Source: Chrysomallon squamiferum
Lineage: Eukaryota; Animalia; Mollusca
Assembly (NCBI GenBank): GCA_012295275.1
Contig: CM022677.1
Span: 15,252,001 to 15,316,000 of the forward strand
DNA length: 64,000 nt
Reading direction: 5' to 3'
The notes under the pieces: model-generated
Database searches by the model: none
What the model saw: only the letters and a program-made list of their open reading frames with translations
Told to the model about the DNA's origin: nothing
Program-made: the position numbers and the translations under genes
In this document: positions 53,745 through 64,000 of the stretch, piece after piece
How the letters are laid out: each line of letters starts with the position of its first letter
How positions within the stretch are numbered: position 1 is the stretch's first letter

Positions 53745-56700
53745 CACAAACACAGAAACACACACATTTCCCTTCACATACACACAACATACCCATTCTC
53801 TCTGTAACAAAACATATACTCAACTTACACACCTATATACAACACCTATTTCTATGTTACCATATATATAAGTTTATATATTTTTATTTTATCTATCTGC
53901 TCACATTCTGATCTATAAAAATAACCATCTATGAATCATCCGTCCATCTCCCTGGCTACCTCCTTGCATAACGATTAGTTGCCTCTGTCTTTCTGTATGT
54001 CATTTATGACATAAGCACACTTTCATTCATACACATTCTAGCACATTAAACATATGTACCTGCTCTTCCATATAGATGTGGTTACCACTTATCTACCTAT
54101 CCACCACTCTGCATTTCTCTTTGTGTCTATATATCAACCTGTTGAGTATCTATATATCAACCTGTTGAGTAACTATCTACACACATACCTACCTGTCTAT
54201 CAACCTATTTGCTAGTTCTATCTTATCTAGTTTGTTTTTATTTTCTCCATGCAAGAATATTCCAATCCATCTATTTTCTACCCAACTCACTGCCTATCTA
54301 CATATCTATGCCTACATACCTACATTACAACCTATATTTCTGTCTGTCCATCTACAAACACACTCTGTCTATAAAACTTTATTTAGTTTCTCTTTCACTG
54401 TCCAAATTAGTTGTTATTATCATTGTATCTTCCTCTCTATCAGTTTATCTAGGGTCTGTCTTCTGTCTGTCTGTCTATCTATATTTTATTATTCCATTTT
54501 CTTACACCTGCCTAACTATGTCAACCTTCTGTTTTTCATGCAGTCTGTATAATCTGTGTATCAATCCATCATCTGTCTTTCTATCCATCTGTGCATCTGT
54601 TACTGGATATTGTTAAATTTATTATTAAAGTTAAAAAACACATATTTATCACTTAAATTTTCAATAAACAATCAGCTTCTTTTTAAAGTACCTCTCACAT
54701 TTAATTATCTGGTATACATTTACCTTCACCCTAATATATTTATTTAAAAAGAGCACTTACCTGGAAACCCATCCGTATTTCTCCATGTCTACTGGGCTAA
54801 TTGTTTAGAATAAAAGTTAGTATAACCTTTACACCTCTTCTTTTCAGTATCAATCTGTGTGTAGATAATAAAGCATCTCCTTAATTTCAGGATTCTCACT
54901 TCTTCCTTTTAAATAAAAAGTAAAAAAAGACATTAATGTTCACGTCTCATTATGCACTGATCTCTTTATAAAGTAAAAACTGAAATCTAATGTGCTGCTT
55001 CCAAAAACTTTCTCTCTCACTGTCCAAATTAGTTCTATTATCTTTCTGTCTGAGTATTATCTCTCTAAATGAAAGTGTATGATTAATAAAAAAATTCAGA
55101 GATTATTTATCAAATTATGTAATTAAGAATATGTCAGATTAATTATAAACGCTGTATTACAATAAGAGGCAATTTCAGTATCTTTATTTTATAAGGGTTG
55201 GTCAGAAGTTAAATATTAGTATTACAGCACAGACTCTATTGATAATTACAGATGTACTTTACTTAAGATGTATGATAACATTACGCTGCCTTAAAAAGAA
55301 CAATTCTAATGAAATTAAATAGAATAGCGTCAAAAATATATATGAAGCTTCTGTTTTTACAGAAACAAAGATATTAAGGTGTTATTACTGTTGTTGTTGT
55401 TGCTGTTATTTAGCTGTTGTCAAAGGGAGGAAATAAAATAACATGTTAATCTTTTTTGTTCTCAGCTAATCAGTACAAATTTTGTGATTCCAGGGAATTA
55501 ACTCTGAGATTTTTAAATGTAACCTGTACGATATTAATAAAATATGAGATTAACATTTCTCAACATACTTAACTGTAAATATCACTGCTCAACATATATA
55601 CATATGTACGTACGTATGTATGTATGTATCTTTTGAAATACATAATTAGTATATTATGAAATAATAAATGCGCAGGCACTTGCTGTTTAAGATATTTCTT
55701 GTTTCTCTTCGGTCGCTGAGTAGACTTTTCACGTTGCACTCGGATGTTTTTCAGATACGATGGAGTGCACCTCCGTGTTTGTGACATAAAGGTCACTTAA
55801 TTCTCACAATTTTTATTTTTATTTTTATTAAGTATTATTCATACTTCTCATTATTCTCTAGCACTTTTTACTAATTATTCCTCAAATTTTCTGAGCGAGC
55901 GCATCACCTATTAAAATATATTGTTGTCATTTCTATTAATTTCACTGACATTCCCGTGGTATGGCAATTGTTCCTGACATTACTGATGTGCTCCTTTTCG
56001 TTTTTTATTTGCTGTTATTCTTATTGTCTGACCGTGCCCATCCTATGTTAAAATGTATGATTACTATGTTTATTAATGTGCCGTCGCTACCATCGTAACG
56101 GCATTGTTCTCAACATTCTCGGTGTACTTCACCTTATTTTTTTGCCTATTATTAACTATTGCAATCAGTGTCCACATCCCACATTAAAAAATATCATTAC
56201 TCTTTCTATTAATGATGCCGTCATTGGCATCGTTCCAGCATTGTTCTTAACGTCTTTGTGTACGTCTCATTACTGGGTGCTGAAAGGTAAGATTAATGTT
56301 CATGAGACAGACACACACAGATACAGAGACCAGCATATCGTAAATTATATTAGAGAGTAAAATGAAAATTTCAAGTAAGAACGTAGATTGTAGAGAATAC
56401 CTGTATTTTGGGAGATATAGAGATTATTTTCAGTTTATTTTGATTATTATTATTATTATTATTATTTATAAAAAAAATAGAAGAAAACTTAAATGATATT
56501 CCATTATGTATACAAAGTTATCATGTTTTTTTGTTTTGTTTTTAATTTTTTTGTAAACGAGTGCTGTATACACTATATATCCCATAGTTTTAAATAAGTA
56601 AAAATAAGGTAATATTTTTAATTAAGGATACCGCTATTTACACGAATAAATTATATAACATCACATAATTATAAACAAGAAAAAATAAGTGTCAGTTTTA

Positions 56701-57270
56701 CTGAAGGATCACGCTATTTACACTGATAATTTTACCACCGAGTTATAAAAATACATTTTAAAAACGTGAGCACTTTTTAGTATTTACATTTCTGCTTATT
56801 CATAACTTCAGTGCAAGTTGTATTGTGTAATATACTTCATATTTCAGATTACACCCTAACTTCTCCTTTTACATAAGAAATCAATATATCCGCTCCCCAG
56901 TAATTATCAATATGTCAGTGAAGCAGACACCATGTTTGTCAAAGTCCTCTCTTTGTCAACAGTACAACAATAATAACAATAATAACACCTTAATATCGCG
57001 CCTTCTCACCTATTTATTTATTTATTTATTTATATAAAAAAGGAAGCTTCCTGTATATTTTTGACGCTATACTTGTAGATTCTTTATTTATTTATTTATT
57101 TTAATTTTGTCTCTCTGTTTTGGCTCGGGTTTTGTGACATCAGTTGTGAAGACTGTGTTATTCACGTTCCTACACAAAGTAGCTGAAAGTTTCGTAAAGG
57201 GAGTTTGCATTCTTAAAATCTTTTAAAGTCACTTCATCTGGTGAAACTGATAATTTAATAAGTAAGAGTT

Positions 57271-57510
57271 TCATACGTTGTGCATGATGGTCGTGAATCT
57301 TTCAGAGCAAACTGGACAATTTCTTCTGCTTCTTGACCACCTCTCCAAACAGCTGAAACAAAATTCATGTAAACACGTGTCTGCATGACATTTATCTAAA
57401 AATTCTTCTGAACACAAAGAACAAGTAGGTGACTCATCTGATTCAGGCTGTTGTGTTGATTCAGCAGTGGTGAGTGATGCTGATGTAGACGTCCCTGGTC
57501 TTTCTCCACG
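57271..57510 (-). CDS. Topors-like C3HC4 RING-finger coding segment (isolated exon or gene fragment)
   Basis: RGERPGTSTSASLTTAESTQQPESDESPTCSLCSEEFLDKCHADTCLHEFCFSCLERWSRSRRNCPVCSERFTTIMHNV*. All eight RING-HC ligands are present, and SP.C..C....CLH.FCF.C...WS.....CP.C...F..I.H.V follows the Topors pattern. The end AAC|gtatga could be a donor or a stop. Confidence 0.7.
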   Translation of the reverse strand, partial: RGERPGTSTSASLTTAESTQQPESDESPTCSLCSEEFLDKCHADTCLHEFCFSCLERWSRSRRNCPVCSERFTTIMHNV

Positions 57511-58381
57511 TGATAAATAAATAATAACTGACATTAAGAAAACACTTCTTATTAAAAACACTTCAATAAAAACAACAAAGATAAAGATCACAGTCTGAAA
57601 ACAAAAACGAATAAAAATATGATTTCCTTTATAAACTTTGATCTGTGTATTTTATCAGCACATGACTATCAGTATCAGTGTTTGTGAATTAACAGAATAT
57701 CTTATCATGTTATTCTGTGTAGGTGTATCAGAATATTTTATCATGTTATCCTTTGTATCAGAAAATGTTGAATAGAGTATTAAAAAAAATTATACAAACA
57801 GGTATAAAGTATTATTTTCTATATCAGAACACTGGATAGAGGCAACAATCATCAGTTAAGTTGTATGGTTGAAATTAACATTCTTTGTATCAGAAAATGT
57901 TCTATAGAGCATTTTTAAAATCATTTTCTATGAAGTAGAATTGACATTCATTCATTCATTCCAAACATTCATTCATTCATTCATTCATACAGTTTGTAAA
58001 AACAATGGTTATCAAAAATCTCACAGTTATTTAAAGATAAGCTTTCATCCCTGTCCATTTCACAAAAAGAACTGACATAATTTTATGAGCACATGATACC
58101 GATACACATAATTACAAATGAAAGGATTTTTTTTAATTTTTAATTTTTTTTTATCTGTTACCATTATTTTATTATTTTTTATTTATTTATTTATTTATTT
58201 ATTTATTTTTGTTATATGTGAGCCTTTCAATGTGCATCAAGGCAAAAACCAACTACTCTGTTTAAAGCTTATCTTTAAATAATTATGCATATACACTTTA
58301 TGAACAGGGAAAGACAATGAAAGAGAAAATCAGAAATGCTAGTGAGAGAGAAATAAAAATATTATGACATCATCACTATAC

Positions 58382-59167
58382 CTGACTTTTGCCTCCAGTT
58401 CTGTACTTTTAACATCATCAACTTTTCTGTTAATTCTTGACACTATGAATGGCTGTCCAAATATCTCAGCCTAGATAACAATAAACACGTTTCTTAAAAT
58501 TATTCATATTAATCATTGTTAGTGTTAAAGAACAATGTTGCAGTTGAGAGAAATATTTACGGAAAAAATTGTCAAATCAGATGGATATTTACCGATTATA
58601 CATAGACTTAGATAGACACAGGTAGATTATATAGATAGACAAGCAAAGTTACATATAGTCACAGACTTAAAGACAGACATCATGTTAGAAAGACAGACAA
58701 ATATAAAACAAAATACAAACATACATAGATATATTTATTTAGAATGTAAAAGTATTTAGAGACTGGTAGATATTGGGTAGATAGGTAGGTTGATGATGTA
58801 GACCAACAGACAGACAGACAGACAGGTTACTGTAGACATACACTGGTAAATAGATATATAGTTTGCAGATGTAACAATAACACACACACACACAGACAGA
58901 AAGAGCGACAGACCGACAGATTGGGAGTAGTAGGTAAAACAAATGACATTTATATATAATTAATCAAATATTGATGATTTAAATGGAATACCTCTACTCT
59001 GTTGTAGTAATCTATAGCCTTGTCTACAGATACACAATCAGACATCAGTATCCATGCTATTCCACTGTTTAAACAAGTAACTGGATCCTGGAAAATTCAA
59101 GCAGTAGTAGTAGTAATAGTAGTAGTAGAGGTAGTTTGTAGTAGTAGTAGTAGTAGTAGCAGCAGTG

Positions 59168-59213
<46 letters not shown>

Positions 59214-61744
59214 CAGTGGTAGTATTAGTAGTAGTAGTAATAAGACATTATAATAAAACTAATAATAAGAAGAAAAGCAATAGTAATATTAATAATAATT
59301 GTAATAAGACAAATAAAATAATATATGAATAATAATAATAATAATAAGATATTACATTAAATCAACAACAAAAAAGTGTGATTTCAACGACTGTTTATAT
59401 GTGAGAAGGAAATTATCATTCTAAAGTTTATCATTCTAAAGCTTAACATACATTATTAAAAAGACTATTTTTTTACCCTTTCCAGGCTAAAATCTTTGGG
59501 AAGAAATATCTCAGTCATTGAAAATTATTATACATTATCAATGAATTATACTTTAACAATGTTTTAATACTGACTTTATTTATCTGGATATGAGGGTAAC
59601 ATAAGCAGCAAAAATAACATTAAAAAAGACTAAATCCTTTACCTGAAGCAAACCTTTTGGCAGGCATCCCGGCTACTAATAATTATTAATGATGAGCCTA
59701 AAACTGTGACAGGAATATATCTCATAGAGAAAAATAAAAACAAATTTATAAATTAAAAATTAAAGAAAAGCATTAATCCCAAATCTAAACTAATTACTTC
59801 TGCTAGTTAGATTCTTCAATATAATGAAAGTCACATCTATAGCTGATGGATGCTATTAATTTAAATGTTATGATGTACATACAGAAAAGTTTTGAATACC
59901 AGTATTTTAAAAAATAAATATATAAATAAATAAAATATCAAAAATAATTTAAAAATTAAATATAAATAAAAAGATACAAAGATAAAAGAGATAATAGTAA
60001 AGGAAAATGAAGATGAACTAAAATTCACCAAATTTATAGTGAAATAAATCAACATTAAAATAAAAATCATTGCATAATGCAGAACAGAATTGTTGAAAGT
60101 ATTAAACTTGTTAAAAAAAAACCCTGAAAGATCGACATCAAAACAAAAAAAAAGAAGGCAAAAGTAATAGAAAATCAAAACATCTGCCTAAAAATTGTAA
60201 TTTTAAACTTTTATTTGCAGTTGTAAAATTACTTAAAGTAAAACATAACAAATAATGCATTTTCTAATAACCTAACAAAACGAACTATAAGTATTATAAC
60301 CAAACTGATTCAAGTACTACAAAGTAATATTTCTTTCTTTATTAAATTTAATTGTTAGTCTTAATAAAAAAGACTATCCAAATTAAGGCAAAAATACAGT
60401 GCTTATATCTAAGAACAATTTGATGTTAAAAGAAATAAATCATCAACAGTTAAAATCCATATTAATAATAACAAAAACAAATAAATAAAAACAACAAATC
60501 CACAACAACAACGTTACTTCTGGAGTTATCTAATAAAAAAAAAATTAAAAAAAACAGCAACATTTTAGCCAAGAAACTGCCTACACAATCCATTAAGAAA
60601 AGATTTAAGGTAAAAAGAAGAAAAGAAACATTTATCTAATTATCAGCTACAGTTTGTTACACAAATGAAATTTAAGTCTAAAAACAGATCTCTTGTTGGT
60701 CTTTATCCATCCAAGAAACAAAAGCAATACATTTTTCTCCTCTGTCATTACATCCATACAAAACTTAATTAAAACTTTACTTACCTTTTCACTGCAACCA
60801 TTTTCTGCAGTTTTCTGAAAGACAAATAACAGGGTAATAAATCTAATAAGTTAGTAAGTAATTTTAAATTACTAACAATTACTAAGAAATGTATTTAAAA
60901 TAATTTTAAAAGTAATAGTTAAAAAGAAATAATCATTAACACTAACTGAAGTGTGTCAAAAATGCATAAACTGATGCTGTTTTCAATAAACACTTTCTCC
61001 ATAGCTAGCGTTACAAAAAATGTGTCTAGAGGTGTGTGTGTGTGTGTGTGTATAAAAACAAAGCAAAAAAACATTACTGTATTGGATATTTAAATACAAC
61101 ATATTCTTTTGATGGTTTAAACAAATTATAATTGGGATAAAAAATTATGGCATTATATGTATTATAATCTGGCATTTAGAAATAAAGAAATGAAATTCAA
61201 TTTAACAAAAAAGGTTGATAAAATTATATGCTCCAATGAGTGGCAATAAAAACATTTTTTAGTCCTTTTTCCTAAAAGCTCATAGAAATGACAATGTTTC
61301 CCATCAATGCAATAACTATCACAGCAGCAATGGAACTAACCTTAAACCTGTAGAGTCACAAAGATCAACAGTTCAAATACTACAGAAAGTTTCTACACCA
61401 ATATTTGCTCTCCTGGAATAACCATTAAATAATTATAGAAACACTATTAAAACCTGTAACTATGAAGTTGTTTATATTTTAAAATGAAGACAAACATTAA
61501 AGAAAGAAAGAAAACAGGGAAAAATGATTTTTAGCATGTTTGAAGTCATGTTAAAAAAGCTTAATATAGTATGATGACAAAAGCTTCTTAACTTAATTTT
61601 TTAATGAACTTTCACAACTGTTTAAGAAAATTGTGTAAAATCTTTATTAACTGGAAATGTATCTAATTCCAAAAACTGGCTTTATAATGGTGCAAATAAA
61701 TCAGGAAATTAAAATAAAAATTAGCAAAACAATAATAGAGATAA

Positions 61745-61807
<63 letters not shown>

Positions 61808-63647
61808 GAAAAAGAAAAGAAAGAAAGAAAAAGTAAAAGAAAAATTGAAAAAAACAAAAAAAAAACCCAGTAACAAAGAAAGAAATAGAAAGAACACTTA
61901 GCTACCGTGTCAAAGTATTTGGCATTGTGGTGTTTATTATGGGTAAACACTGCTATCATCACCTTGACCATCACAGTGACCAGTGTCCTCCTCGATCAAG
62001 GTTGATAATTTTATTGATTCTGTGAAAACATAAGTTTTTTGTTATTCAAGAGTGCGCCTAGAAAAATAAATTACTTAGGAAAACAAACAAAGGGACAGAT
62101 GCAGAAAAAGAATATCAATTTTAAGGATTACATTCTGTTAGAAATATAAAAATACCACAACATTTAGTGCAAAACTACTTAAAGTTCTATAAATAAAAAC
62201 AAGAGGAATTTTAATACGAAATCATACTTAAAATATCAATAAAATTCCATTTTAATTAACACACTGTAGTACTTTGCATTTGAAACTAAATTATACCTTA
62301 AAATTAACATATCTAAATTTAAAATCTTACCTGCTGTCTTACCCTGGTATTTATCATTTGCTGTCACTGCTTTAAAACTGTAGCATCTTATGCCAGAAGA
62401 TGAATCTGTTTCTTCTTTGTCACCACAGGTCAAGGTTATGGTGCTGCTCCCTTGTCTCATATCTTGAACAGTGCTTTGGTGATAGCTTGTGAGTATTCCA
62501 TTGTGTTGGTACTGCTGCAGGTAGTAAGGTTTGCATTATGATCCAGTCCAGACTGACACCTCTGATGGGCAGGACAGGGTACAGTATGGCGGAAGTTTAC
62601 TGACATCAGACACTGACTGATTCAAGTCAAATGAATGGTTGTTTAAGCTTTTTCACTTTTTCTTGACCTTGGATAATTTCTATCACCTGAAATTAACATT
62701 AAAAGATTAATGTTTATTAGCCACAGGTTTCTGGTGTTAAAAATGTTAAAATATGTTAACTTGAGACATTTTTTATTATGAATTTTCTTCTATTTGTCTG
62801 CTATTTTCTAGCTATCAATCTGTAATGGCAACAGTGAAAACAATGTACTTTAGGTATCTATATTATGATAATTACAAAGAATTCAAATTTTTTAAAAATT
62901 TGCATTAAAATATATATGAATGGGTTGGAATGACTTAGGAACTACTTTAAATCAAGTTTTCATCAATATGCTTTTATGTGACTGGAGAAATGTTAATTGA
63001 TTTGATTCTGTTTTATTTTCCTTCTCACTATGTATATAACAATTTTATTTACCAACAACGGGTGAACTTTGTTGGTGGGTGGTGTTGCCTGCACATCCCT
63101 CCTAACTCCAGTGACATCGGCTTTCCTTTCTGTATAAATAAAATTTTAAAATATAATAAAATAAACATATCATATAGAAATTAATAACAAACATGTGTTA
63201 CACAGATAAATAAAAAAATGAAACAATATAAAACACCTACTCAAAAACATTATTTATGAATATATATAAGTCTTCAAGTTCAAACTCATGTAAATAATGC
63301 TTTAACATAAATATAATAATTATGCCTTCTTGTAAAGTGGTAACAATCATTAAACACAAATAGAAAAATTATCTTAAAGATCTACTAACATCAATCTAAT
63401 TTAATCTGAATGAAAAACAAACATTTTACAATTTTTAAAACATAATTTAATTATAAAGGTAACATTTCCAAACACTCATCTGACTGAACTGTTTTATTTC
63501 ACAGCTTTATTTCATACTTTCCTATTAATTAATACAAACCAGAACATCAGGAGCTGTCTGACTGTTTGCTAGTCTGCTTTTAACAGATGCTATCTCTTTA
63601 GCAATTTTAACTTTCAGTTCATCAGTTGTTAAACCTGAGATGGTGTT
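58382..63647 (-). pseudogene. Unidentified multi-exon gene relic
   Basis: AG/GT-bounded segments 63540-63647 (NTISGLTTDELKVKIAKEIASVKSRLANSQTAPDVL), 63053-63129, 62331-62686, 61341-61412, 60785-60814, 59643-59697, 58992-59087 and 58382-58470. The last five are phase-compatible but contain three in-frame stops. Confidence 0.5.
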
Positions 63648-64000
63648 CTAGAAAAATAGATAGGTTAGACAAATATATTCAAAACAATTTATTATTACTT
63701 TATTATTATTATTCTTATTACTATTTAATCTGTGTTTTTATAATTTCTTTTTAGCCTGAGAATAAACTATAATATTATCAGCAATGTTTTTTTTTCGTTT
63801 TATTTTTATTATTAATTTGTTATTAAAATATCTTTTGACACAAAAAGCTGGTTTCAGTGATGAGACTTTCAGAAAAACATCTGTGTTCTTTATGGATCTA
63901 GATCAAATCTTATGTTAATATAATTTGTTCTGTAGGAAACATGATGAATTTAATCTGTAAAATATGTTACAAAAATATATATACACTTGTGCATTAGTTT

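Noticed and set aside
50406-63647. Alternative genetic code, selenocysteine or RNA editing as an explanation of in-frame stops
   Set aside because: The stops are a mix of TGA, TAA and TAG and co-occur with frameshifts and deletions, as expected from ordinary decay.

Overview
AT-rich, microsatellite-dense eukaryotic (animal) genomic DNA with a 200-N scaffold gap at 36124-36323. It is probably a lophotrochozoan such as a mollusc; this is an inference from repeat style and gene content. I see no intact complete gene, and most ORFs in the supplied track are microsatellite or AT-rich artefacts. The window is a patchwork of four things. (i) Decayed intron-containing genes or gene pieces: a C-type lectin frameshifted at its sugar-binding motif, a second convergent C-type lectin relic partly amplified into a 68-bp minisatellite, a thrombospondin-type-1 repeat gene relic partly present in two copies, an intronless prolyl 4-hydroxylase alpha pseudogene, a Topors-like RING-HC segment and an unidentified multi-exon relic at 58-64 kb. 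(ii) Transposon relics: Buster-type hAT with TIRs and TSD, a mariner-type deletion derivative, Tigger/pogo, Ginger/KRBA2-like pieces and a LINE 3' end. (iii) Minisatellites. (iv) Many short direct and inverted local duplications, two of which supply empty insertion sites. I found no convincing evidence of a new functional biological system; the best leads are evolutionary (lectin inactivation, exon-derived minisatellite, a satellite-carrying repeat family, duplication chronology). All alignments were done by eye.
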